Below are positions 1-7,582 of a stretch of DNA of 38,089 nt, piece after piece (the first letter of the stretch is position 1; each line of letters starts with the position of its first letter). The stretch is from a virus. Its lineage: Duplodnaviria; Caudoviricetes. The stretch is from positions 1-38,089 of IMG/VR virus record IMGVR_UViG_3300001866_000025; one strand, written 5' to 3'. The notes under the pieces were generated by a model. That model did no database searches. It was not told the origin of the DNA and was given only the letters and a program-made list of their open reading frames with translations. The position numbers were made by a program, and so were the translations under genes.

Positions 1-23
1 GTGTAAAGGATTCGGAGTAACCA

Positions 24-275
24 ATGAAAGACACAGAGCTAGAAACAATCTTAGTAAAGTTTGCTAACCGAGTTTTAGATGTAAGAAATGGTAAAGATAA
101 CCCTACGCTTGGCGAACTGGTAAACGAACCGAAACAAGCTATCCTCTCCCATTACATAGCTAAAAGTGAGGTTTTGGAGATAATTGGTGAACCACCATAT
201 ATAGATGAACAATGCGTCAGAGATAATCTATACGGCGTGGAACAGTTTAGATGGTACAGATTACAAATTAGATAA
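24..275 (+). CDS. hypothetical early protein (83 aa)
   Basis: ORF with GGAG SD at 15-18; first of a run of tightly packed small ORFs. Confidence 0.6.
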   Translation: MKDTELETILVKFANRVLDVRNGKDNPTLGELVNEPKQAILSHYIAKSEVLEIIGEPPYIDEQCVRDNLYGVEQFRWYRLQIR

Positions 276-429
276 GGTCGTCAACATACCAATAGATGAT
301 TTAATGAGTATTATCCACCAAGCCGAGATAAAGGCAAAGATAGATGAAGTAAATAATATGCCGTCTGGTTGCGAGGAATACTCCATACCTAGAGCAATGG
401 CATTAGAAAAGGAGATTGTAAATGAGTAA
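205..429 (+). CDS. hypothetical early protein (74 aa), shares segments with 1248..1559
   Basis: KAKIDE segment and C-terminal ALEKEIVNE identical to that of 1248..1559; overlaps the upstream ORF by 71 nt. Confidence 0.6.
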   Translation: MNNASEIIYTAWNSLDGTDYKLDKVVNIPIDDLMSIIHQAEIKAKIDEVNNMPSGCEEYSIPRAMALEKEIVNE

Positions 430-446
430 AAGTATTAGAAGTGTAT
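399..446 (+). repeat. 48-bp exact direct repeat, copy 1 (gene end + SD + next gene start)
   Basis: ggcattagaaaaggagattgtaaatgagtaaaagtattagaagtgtat is identical at 1529-1576. Confidence 0.95.
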
Positions 447-679
447 CTAACCCTACATCAGAACCAGTCATGACTATTAACTCACAAACAAAGAAGTGTA
501 AGCATACTAATGTATGGATTATCTCTGGTGGCACTATGTTATGGTGCTATGAGTGCGGTGCAATTAGACCAAACATCGCTGGAAGCCATACAAAGCGAGT
601 ATATTGGCAACCACCTAGTAGAAGTAATATAAATCCTGCTATGGCAGATAAATATCCAGCACAAAGTTGGGATAAATAA
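422..679 (+). CDS. hypothetical protein with Cys/His motif (CKH...CYECG)
   Basis: AAGGAG SD; N-terminus MSKSIRSV shared with 1552..1839. Confidence 0.65.
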   Translation: MSKSIRSVSNPTSEPVMTINSQTKKCKHTNVWIISGGTMLWCYECGAIRPNIAGSHTKRVYWQPPSRSNINPAMADKYPAQSWDK

Positions 680-681
680 TT

Positions 682-1251
682 ATGAGTAATGAACCTAGTA
701 AGGAGAAATACCAGATAATATATGCCGACCCACCTTGGAGATATAGGCAGGGTAAATCTATGGGTACGAAATTTCAAGGTGCAGCTGATGCTCAATACGA
801 TTGTATGGATATAGAAGATATTAAAAATCTACCTATACCAGAGTTGGCAGACGATGTGTGCGTGTTGATGCTTTGGGCAACGTTCCCACAACTACCAGAG
901 GCTCTCGAAGTGATTAAGGCGTGGGGTTTCAAATATAAGACACTAGGCTTCAGCTGGCTGAAAACTAATAAAGATGGTTCGCCTTTCTTCGGTATAGGAT
1001 ACTATGCTAAATCTAATCAAGAGGTATGTTTACTAGCTACGAAAGGCAACGCTCACTCCTTAGTAGTATCTAATAAGGTATCGTCATTCGTAAGCACTGG
1101 AAGGACAAAACATAGCGAGAAACCACAAGTATTCAGAGATAAGATAGTTGAATTGTTCGGTGATATTCCAAGAGTAGAATTATTCGCCAGACAGAAAACA
1201 GACGGTTGGGATGTCTGGGGTAACGAGGTAGAAAGCGATATACAGTTATGA
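682..1251 (+). CDS. MT-A70 family adenine methyltransferase
   Basis: IIYADPPW catalytic motif, LWAT, WGFKY, HSEKP and ELFAR...GWDVWGNE, all typical of MT-A70. Confidence 0.92.
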   Translation: MSNEPSKEKYQIIYADPPWRYRQGKSMGTKFQGAADAQYDCMDIEDIKNLPIPELADDVCVLMLWATFPQLPEALEVIKAWGFKYKTLGFSWLKTNKDGSPFFGIGYYAKSNQEVCLLATKGNAHSLVVSNKVSSFVSTGRTKHSEKPQVFRDKIVELFGDIPRVELFARQKTDGWDVWGNEVESDIQL

Positions 1252-1559
1252 GTAATGTAGATGATGAGATAGATAAAATACTCAAAGAAGTTGCAGAGAG
1301 TGCTTGGTCGCTGGGTTTACAAACAGCCCCAAAGGATAATCTATATAATGATAGAAATAATCGGATGACACCATACAAAGCCAAACAAGCTATCACCACT
1401 CTACTAGAACAGTCAGAGAGGAAGGCAAGGATAGATGAAATTGAAAGAGTATGTATTTACTTAGAGGGATATACACTAGGCTGTAGATGGGTATGCAAAT
1501 ATATTGACGAGTTGGAAAAAACATCAGAGGCATTAGAAAAGGAGATTGTAAATGAGTAA
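1248..1559 (+). CDS. hypothetical early protein (mosaic family)
   Basis: ATGA overlap with the upstream gene; MSNVDD and AITTLLEQSERKARIDE shared with 1997..2284. Confidence 0.75.
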   Translation: MSNVDDEIDKILKEVAESAWSLGLQTAPKDNLYNDRNNRMTPYKAKQAITTLLEQSERKARIDEIERVCIYLEGYTLGCRWVCKYIDELEKTSEALEKEIVNE

Positions 1560-1576
1560 AAGTATTAGAAGTGTAT
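1529..1576 (+). repeat. 48-bp exact direct repeat, copy 2
   Basis: identical to 399-446. Confidence 0.95.
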
Positions 1577-1839
1577 TAGAAGACCTAGCTAAGGAACAAT
1601 ATGACGATGGCTGGTGTGCTAGTAACGTAGATAAGCCACACGATGGACCAGATTATAATGCGATTGACCAAGCACTCAAAGATATAGCCCAGATAATAGA
1701 TGAGGTGATTGGGGAAGATGAAACTGTCATATCGCAACACTATATGGCTGGTAATATCGAAGAACGAACTGCGTTTCCAGACAGGCGTAACAGGCTACGA
1801 GCCGAACAACGTAACCGTTCAAAGGAACTACTAAAATAA
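1552..1839 (+). CDS. hypothetical early protein
   Basis: AAGGAG SD; EVIGED and RNRLRAEQR segments. Confidence 0.75.
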   Translation: MSKSIRSVLEDLAKEQYDDGWCASNVDKPHDGPDYNAIDQALKDIAQIIDEVIGEDETVISQHYMAGNIEERTAFPDRRNRLRAEQRNRSKELLK

Positions 1840-2000
1840 TGGAACAACAACCAAAGGGTAAGAAAAACTTTATAATTGAAGTTACACCAGAGGTTATGAG
1901 TGAAATCAACAGGATATGGATGCACTCGGATGAAGAACCTGTTGTAGAACTTTACTATTCGCCATATTGGAAAGAGATTAAAACCGAGGAGCAATTATGA
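1839..2000 (+). CDS. hypothetical protein (53 aa, MEQQPKGKKNF...), not in the ORF track
   Basis: TAATG overlap upstream and ATGA overlap downstream; fills the gap exactly. Confidence 0.65.
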   Translation: MEQQPKGKKNFIIEVTPEVMSEINRIWMHSDEEPVVELYYSPYWKEIKTEEQL

Positions 2001-2284
2001 GTAATGTAGATGATGATATAGAACTTAAAAAGATATTACGAACCTACCATTTATATGTTGGCGTTAAAGGTGCAGAAGAAAACGCAGTAAAAGCTATCAC
2101 CACTCTAATAGAACAGTCAGAGAGGAAAGCAAGAATAGATGAGTGGAAATTAATCTCAGAAGTCCAACACAGTGCAGGAATAACAGCAGAGTTGTATTTT
2201 GGAAAAGAACGAGACGAGCGTATCAACCAATTAACTACTAAGGAGGATGACGATCAACCGGACAAAACTGAACAAGACACTTGA
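1997..2284 (+). CDS. hypothetical early protein (mosaic family)
   Basis: GAGGAG SD; paralogous segments with 1248..1559. Confidence 0.7.
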   Translation: MSNVDDDIELKKILRTYHLYVGVKGAEENAVKAITTLIEQSERKARIDEWKLISEVQHSAGITAELYFGKERDERINQLTTKEDDDQPDKTEQDT

Positions 2285-2339
2285 TTATCTATATCGTATA
2301 TGCTAGAATTAGAGTATAAAATCCATAGAAAGGTTTATA
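2281..2339 (+). promoter_or_regulatory. sigma70 promoter plus leader hairpin with CATAGAAA loop containing the SD
   Basis: TTGATT-17-TAGAAT with extended TG; tataaa-atc/CATAGAAA/gg-tttata precedes ATG 2339. Confidence 0.7.
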
Positions 2340-2608
2340 TGAAAAATTACTTCAATAACAACATTAAGCCGCTGAACGACGATTTAGGTAGGAAGCTCGG
2401 CATCAAGAAAATAACAGTTAAGCAATTAGGTGGAGCTGAGGACATATCTATCGAGGTGGACGGCTGGTGCAATCATGCCGGTGCCGAACTACAAGACGTT
2501 ATAACCGAACGCTACGACACAGACAGTGGCAGGTTTATACCTGACGACAGCGAAGAAGTCTTAGTCTGCAAATGCGGATCACAATATATAGATGGAGATT
2601 GGGTATGA
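2339..2608 (+). CDS. hypothetical protein, possibly Zn-binding (start revised from 2300)
   Basis: GAAAGG SD before ATG 2339; CNH...CKCG. Confidence 0.7.
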   Translation: MKNYFNNNIKPLNDDLGRKLGIKKITVKQLGGAEDISIEVDGWCNHAGAELQDVITERYDTDSGRFIPDDSEEVLVCKCGSQYIDGDWV

Positions 2609-2733
2609 TATACGACGTGAAAACAAAACTTAACGGTTGGGAACAATTTTGGTACTATCTATCAGTGATTGCATCTTTAGGCGGTGCATTCACAATTAAA
2701 GTAATAATCAAGAAAGCATTTGAGGAAGAATAA
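2605..2733 (+). CDS. small membrane protein (42 aa), not in the ORF track
   Basis: GGAG SD, ATGA overlap, hydrophobic FWYYLSVIASLGGAFTIKVII. Confidence 0.6.
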   Translation: MIYDVKTKLNGWEQFWYYLSVIASLGGAFTIKVIIKKAFEEE

Positions 2734-2768
2734 GATGGTGGGGACAATACATATGATATAATGAGTAC

Positions 2769-3374
2769 ATGACATATTATATCGAGTTATCAGGTAAAAG
2801 AGGTAAAAATCATCATACCATAGTTGATGAAGCAACTTACAATCAATATAACCACTTATCTTGGTTCCTAAGCGACACTGGGTACGCTATGCGTCGTTCT
2901 GACATATTAGACGATGGCTCAAAGGTAACAGTTAGATTACACAGACTAGTTATAAATGCACCTGAAGGTATGGTTGTTGACCATCTTAATGGTGACAAAC
3001 TGGACAATCGCAAGAGTAATCTTAGGGTATGCACACAAGCAGATAACGCTCGTAACAGAAAAAATACCAAAGGAATATGTTTCGATAAGAGTAAAGATAA
3101 GTGGGTAGTACGATACCGTAATAAGTTCTTTGGTCGGTATAAAACCGAGCAAGAGGCTAGTCGAGCCTACCAATTAGCTAAAAGCGGTGTTGAATATAAA
3201 ACAAGACAACGTATGCGTTATATGTTGCCAAAAGGTGTGTTCTATCACAAATATAATAAGAAACATTATATCGTAAGGCCACAACTGAATGGTAAACGTT
3301 ACTTCTTAGGCTATTTTGCCACAGCAGAAGAAGCAAAAGATGTGTACGATAATTTTAGGCAGAAGGAGAAATAA
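2769..3374 (+). CDS. HNH homing endonuclease with AP2-like DNA-binding domains
   Basis: RLHRLV...VVDHLNGDKLDNRKSNLR; two AP2-like segments (FFGRYKTEQEA, YFLGYFATAEEA); TGATATAAT 6 nt before the ATG. Confidence 0.9.
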   Translation: MTYYIELSGKRGKNHHTIVDEATYNQYNHLSWFLSDTGYAMRRSDILDDGSKVTVRLHRLVINAPEGMVVDHLNGDKLDNRKSNLRVCTQADNARNRKNTKGICFDKSKDKWVVRYRNKFFGRYKTEQEASRAYQLAKSGVEYKTRQRMRYMLPKGVFYHKYNKKHYIVRPQLNGKRYFLGYFATAEEAKDVYDNFRQKEK

Positions 3375-3377
3375 CTT

Positions 3378-3584
3378 ATCGCCGGAACAAAAATTGGTGG
3401 ATTGAAAGTAAAAGCTAAACTATTAGCTAAAGACCCAGATCACTATAAAAAGATAGCACTAAAATCACAGGTAGCTTGGGATAAAAACGGCCGAAAACCA
3501 AGAGGGTTCGCCTGTAATCCAGAACGAGCGAAAGTTGCTGGAGCTATCGGTGGCACTAAATCACGTCGCAAAAAGCGAGTATAA
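3378..3584 (+). CDS. KGG/Con-10-like small basic protein, apparent ATC start
   Basis: AAGGAG SD then ATC GCC GGA ACA AAA (xAGTKIGG), DPDHYKKI, GFACNPERAKVAGAIGGTKSRR. Confidence 0.7.
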   Translation: MAGTKIGGLKVKAKLLAKDPDHYKKIALKSQVAWDKNGRKPRGFACNPERAKVAGAIGGTKSRRKKRV

Positions 3585-3731
3585 TAGAATTGTTGCCCTA
3601 ATGTTCATAACGGTAGCACCTGTCGTTGGCAACACCATAATTTAAAAGAGGATAACATATTTGTAAACTGTACTTTGAATATGACAAGACACTAAAGCAA
3701 ATCAAAAAAGAATTATTGCAAAGGACTATAA

Positions 3732-3860
3732 ATGAGCGAAGAAACCATAAACTTACTCAAAAAAATAGTAGACGAGTCAACAAGCAAGAACGGTGAAGTA
3801 GATTTAATCAAGATCGGTGGTAAAATACTGTGGATTGTGAGGGATAATAGCGAAATATGA
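3732..3860 (+). CDS. hypothetical protein (42 aa), not in the ORF track
   Basis: AAGGA SD, ATG 3732, TGA 3858-3860. Confidence 0.5.
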   Translation: MSEETINLLKKIVDESTSKNGEVDLIKIGGKILWIVRDNSEI

Positions 3861-3868
3861 TAAAACTA

Positions 3869-3897
3869 TTGACTTATTATAACGCTTATGATATACT
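3869..3897 (+). promoter_or_regulatory. strong sigma70 promoter
   Basis: TTGACT-17-TATACT with extended TG; spacer resembles that of the promoter at 37530. Confidence 0.8.
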
Positions 3898-3903
3898 ATA
3901 TAC

Positions 3904-4020
3904 ATAAGGTTGAATGACACAGGCGTAAACCTTATACAATCAGAGAATAGTTACACCGATAAGTAATTGCGTATCTGAATGATTATCGAAACAAGAACTG
4001 GCTATCAAAGGCCAGTTTTT
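3904..4020 (+). ncRNA. candidate ~117-nt small RNA
   Basis: lies between a promoter and a terminator, has no credible ORF, and has three stems (3904-3911/3928-3935, 3957-3962/3983-3988, terminator). Confidence 0.5.
3996..4020 (+). terminator. intrinsic terminator
   Basis: aactggc-tatcaaag-gccagtt followed by T run. Confidence 0.75.
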
Positions 4021-4060
4021 ATGTTATACTTACATTTGATATGATAGGAGTATTAAACCT

Positions 4061-5317
4061 ATGAAAGTTCATAATACTAACAACTTGCCAACGATACCGA
4101 TAGCCGACTTGCTCCCTACACAGGGCGATCTAAAAGACCTATCGGAAGTAAACTATAAAAAACTAAAGAGCAACATAGAACGCCGAGGCTTTATAGACCC
4201 TGTATCAGTTTGGGAAGATGATAAAGGCTTGAAGCATTTATTAAACGGCCATCAAAGACAAAGAGTCCTAATGCAAGAGGGCTGGAACGAACCGATACCT
4301 TATTTCAACATACCAGCCAAAAACTTACAAGAAGCCGCCGCAATAGTATTAGAGCTTACTTCACAGTACGGAACTATCACCCAAGAGGGGTTAGACGAGA
4401 TGATAGCCAAGTACGAGTTGAATGAAGCCGAAGTCTATGAAGCTACGAGTTTTGATGCGCTTACTAAATATGGCGACACCGAAGAAGTAGAAGTCGAAGA
4501 AGATGAAGCACCTGAAGTATCTAGCGAACCTGCTGTTAGTAAGTTAGGCGAGATTTATCAGTTAGGCAGACACAGAGTAATGTGCGGCGATAGCACCGAT
4601 GCTGGTAACGTAGCACTCTTAATGAATGGAGTTAAGGCAGATATGGTGTTTACTGACCCACCATATGGGATGGACTTTACTGGAAGCGTAAATGGTGATG
4701 GAACACCATCCGCTAATTCAAAACTTAAACAGATTGGCAATGAGACAGGAACTGAATTGGATAAAATAGAGTTTATACAAAAATGGCTACCAAGAGTTCT
4801 AGAGTTGACGAATAATGGTTGGTATATTTGTTACTCTAGACATAATTTACGTAATTTACGTAATTTACTAATAGCATTTGACGAACTTAAAACACCAATA
4901 AGAAATATTATCATATGGAACAAAAACAGACAAAACATTAGTAATAGTGATTACAAGTCAAAATATGAATTAATATTATATGGGTGGAAAGACAGAAAGT
5001 TCTATGGGGCAAAAGGCGATAATGATGTATGGGAAATCAACAAAGAAAACAAGAATGAATTACATCCTACACAAAAACCCATTAGCTTATTTGCTAAAGC
5101 AATAAACAATAGCAGTCAAAGCGGTGAGCTTGTGGCAGATTTATTTATGGGTAGCGGTGGGACTTTGATTGCCTGCGAGCAAACAAATCGCATATGTTAT
5201 GGTATGGAACTAGATCCTAAATACACAGACGTAATACGAAAAAGATATTGGAAATTTATAAACGATGGTAACGAAGATGGCTGGGAATTAGGAACGCCAG
5301 AAATAGCGTTGGGATAG
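4061..5317 (+). CDS. ParB-like N-terminal domain fused to a beta-class N6A/N4C DNA methyltransferase
   Basis: LNGHQR ParB/Srx motif; LGRHRVMCGDST, FTDPPY, HPTQKP, DLFMGSG, GMELDPKY; TGTTATACT promoter at 4022-4030. Confidence 0.92.
   Translation: MKVHNTNNLPTIPIADLLPTQGDLKDLSEVNYKKLKSNIERRGFIDPVSVWEDDKGLKHLLNGHQRQRVLMQEGWNEPIPYFNIPAKNLQEAAAIVLELTSQYGTITQEGLDEMIAKYELNEAEVYEATSFDALTKYGDTEEVEVEEDEAPEVSSEPAVSKLGEIYQLGRHRVMCGDSTDAGNVALLMNGVKADMVFTDPPYGMDFTGSVNGDGTPSANSKLKQIGNETGTELDKIEFIQKWLPRVLELTNNGWYICYSRHNLRNLRNLLIAFDELKTPIRNIIIWNKNRQNISNSDYKSKYELILYGWKDRKFYGAKGDNDVWEINKENKNELHPTQKPISLFAKAINNSSQSGELVADLFMGSGGTLIACEQTNRICYGMELDPKYTDVIRKRYWKFINDGNEDGWELGTPEIALG
4843..4868 (+). repeat. in-frame 9-bp tandem repeat (TAATTTACG, about 3 copies)
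   Basis: encodes NLR-NLR-NLL inside the methyltransferase. Confidence 0.85.
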
Positions 5318-5321
5318 CATT

Positions 5322-5711
5322 ATGGAAGTACCAGAACAATTAACACCATTCACAAAAGACAACGCAGCCGAGATGGGTGCTAAGGGTGGACACGCTAAGG
5401 CAGGATCAAAACATCTATCAACCCTTATCAGAGAGATAGGCAATGATATAGATTGGGACAAGACAACCCTAAAAGATAAGGACAGGATGAAGTCACTATA
5501 TGGCAAGAACGGCTGGAAAGCTTTAACTTATGTGGCGTTTACAAAGGCTATGGCTGGCGATCATAATGCTATGAAATGGCTATCAGAAAACAGTTTTGGA
5601 AAGCACATAGATATTACCTCAGATGGTGAAAACATAAACAAAGTAAAAGAACTAACCGACGAGGAACTAGATGCAAGAATTAGACAGTACTTCAAAAATA
5701 GACTTGTCTGA
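5322..5711 (+). CDS. terS: terminase small subunit (probable)
   Basis: position before TerL; PFTKDNAAEMGAKGG start and DITSDGE...LTDEEL end resemble TerS proteins. Confidence 0.7.
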   Translation: MEVPEQLTPFTKDNAAEMGAKGGHAKAGSKHLSTLIREIGNDIDWDKTTLKDKDRMKSLYGKNGWKALTYVAFTKAMAGDHNAMKWLSENSFGKHIDITSDGENINKVKELTDEELDARIRQYFKNRLV

Positions 5712-7257
5712 TTTACTTAGCGAAGCCGAACGGCGTAAAGCTAAAAAAGACTGTACTATATTCGTCAATGAATTCTTGAGGACATTCGACCCTCGGCCGG
5801 ATGTTATACCACACGACGTGGACTTTATACTCTATGACTTTCAAGAGTCAACCGTTAAAAAGATAGTCAACAAGATATTTAATGGCGGCGATCTATTCAT
5901 TGAGAAATCTAGGGATATGGGCGTGTCTTGGGTAACTTTGGCTATTCTATTATGGTGCTGGTTAAATGTTGACGGCTTTCAAGCTCTTATAGGCTCTCGT
6001 AAAGAGGATTATGTCGATAACGGCCAGATAGATTCATTATTCGGCAAGATTGATTACCTGATACGCAACATCAAAGACAAAGAGCTATTGCCTAAAGGAT
6101 TCAACGACGATAAGCATCGGACTTATATGAAGTTGGTCAACCCTGATAACGGCAACACTATACTAGGCGAATCAAGTAATAAAAACTTCTCTCGTGCTGG
6201 ACGCTATACGGTGGTGTTCTTTGATGAGTTAGGCTTTTGGCCAGATGCTAGACGCTCTTGGCAAGCGGCTGGAGATGCTACCAGATTTAGATTAGCAGTC
6301 ACAACCCCACCTGATGAGCCAAGCTTTGCCAAAACGTTACGGTTCAGCGATAAGATAGAAGTGCTTACTTTGCATTGGAAACTACACCCTAAAAAAGACC
6401 AAGATTGGTACGAGTACGAGAAATCAAGGCGTAATGAAGAAGAAGTCTTGCACGAGTTAGACATTAGTTGGGAATACTCAAGCGTAGGTAAACCATATCC
6501 TGAAATCAATCTAATAGACATAGGCCGGTATGATTATGACAATTCACTACCGTTATATATATCACTAGACATTGGACTTGACGCAGTGGCAATTGGTTGG
6601 TATCAGCCAGTACGCAATTCAAACCTAGTAACATTGGTTGATTCTTATGAGAACTACGACAAGATTATTGACTGGTACACTCCTTTTTTTGGAAAGCCGA
6701 TTAGTTCAGACCATATTTACACATCAGAGGATATTGAACTTATTAACAGGGTCAAGATGTGGCAAGGTGGTATGTTCTTCGGCGATCCGTCAGGCAAACA
6801 AAGACACGTTGAAAGCAGAGTCAGCCCTTATGAGATACTGTGGAAAGATTACGGCATCGTAGTTCAGACTAACGACATAGAGAATAACTGGCCAGCAAGA
6901 CGAGATGCCACCAAAAGGATACTAAGCCATTTCAGAATAAACGACACGCCACGCAACAGGTGGTTCATAGACTGTGTGGCATCGGCTCGCTATCCTAAAC
7001 GTGATGAGGAAACATCGCAATCAACCACGCCGATTAATAAGCCGGTACATGACTGGACATCGCACCACAGGACGCAATTAGAGTTTTTTTCAGTAAATTA
7101 TCACTCGCTTAATAATGATGACCCAGATAGCTATGTCAGTTCGCCGTATAATAGCAAGACCGACCAAGTTATAGCATTAGGTGGCATAGGTATTAATCCT
7201 AGCATTGATGCTATATTGAATAGAGGTAATGACACTAACAATGATTGGATGTTATGA
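5671..7257 (+). CDS. terL: terminase large subunit
   Basis: LYDFQ, Walker A IEKSRDMGVSW, Walker B VVFFDE, nuclease ISLDIG, GDPSG, PVHDWTSH. Confidence 0.92.
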   Translation: MQELDSTSKIDLSDLLSEAERRKAKKDCTIFVNEFLRTFDPRPDVIPHDVDFILYDFQESTVKKIVNKIFNGGDLFIEKSRDMGVSWVTLAILLWCWLNVDGFQALIGSRKEDYVDNGQIDSLFGKIDYLIRNIKDKELLPKGFNDDKHRTYMKLVNPDNGNTILGESSNKNFSRAGRYTVVFFDELGFWPDARRSWQAAGDATRFRLAVTTPPDEPSFAKTLRFSDKIEVLTLHWKLHPKKDQDWYEYEKSRRNEEEVLHELDISWEYSSVGKPYPEINLIDIGRYDYDNSLPLYISLDIGLDAVAIGWYQPVRNSNLVTLVDSYENYDKIIDWYTPFFGKPISSDHIYTSEDIELINRVKMWQGGMFFGDPSGKQRHVESRVSPYEILWKDYGIVVQTNDIENNWPARRDATKRILSHFRINDTPRNRWFIDCVASARYPKRDEETSQSTTPINKPVHDWTSHHRTQLEFFSVNYHSLNNDDPDSYVSSPYNSKTDQVIALGGIGINPSIDAILNRGNDTNNDWML

Positions 7258-7529
7258 ACGAAAAAATAATACTCCTAGATAATTCACGTTTTACGACATT
7301 AATAGTTGACCCAACAATCGTAAAAGAGGAGGTCAAAGTACATTGTCTTTATTGTGGCCATTGGCTGATGTCTATGAATAGGAAATTTGCGGTAGCGGCC
7401 GACGGTGCAGAGCCTTTTGGCGGCGGTGAAATACCATTAAACGTGTTCAGAGTTACCAGAGTATGTGGCGTATGCAACCCTAAACATTACTATATTATCT
7501 ATTTCAATGGCGAGGGTTCGGGATTGTGA
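7254..7529 (+). CDS. zinc-ribbon protein, Com-like (candidate RNA-binding regulator)
   Basis: VHCLYCGHWLM...TRVCGVCN, two CxxC knuckles; ATGA overlap with terL. Confidence 0.6.
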   Translation: MNEKIILLDNSRFTTLIVDPTIVKEEVKVHCLYCGHWLMSMNRKFAVAADGAEPFGGGEIPLNVFRVTRVCGVCNPKHYYIIYFNGEGSGL

Positions 7530-7576
7530 TATAATTAAGCAAAGGCCAGAGCTTATCTGGTTATTTTTATTGGAGA
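7527..7576 (+). promoter_or_regulatory. late leader element copy 1 (portal): extended -10, GAGC hairpin, U tract, SD
   Basis: TGATATAAT...gccaga-gctta-tctggt-tattttt...GGAG. Confidence 0.8.
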
Positions 7577-7582
7577 TACTAA

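Noticed and set aside
399-1576. CRISPR array or att sites
   Set aside because: Only two copies 1.1 kb apart, both protein-coding and containing an SD; no spacers, cas genes or integrase.
2247-2306. 19-codon ORF after AGGAGG
   Set aside because: The ATG abuts the SD with no spacing, and the region is better explained as the end of 1997..2284 plus the 2281 promoter.
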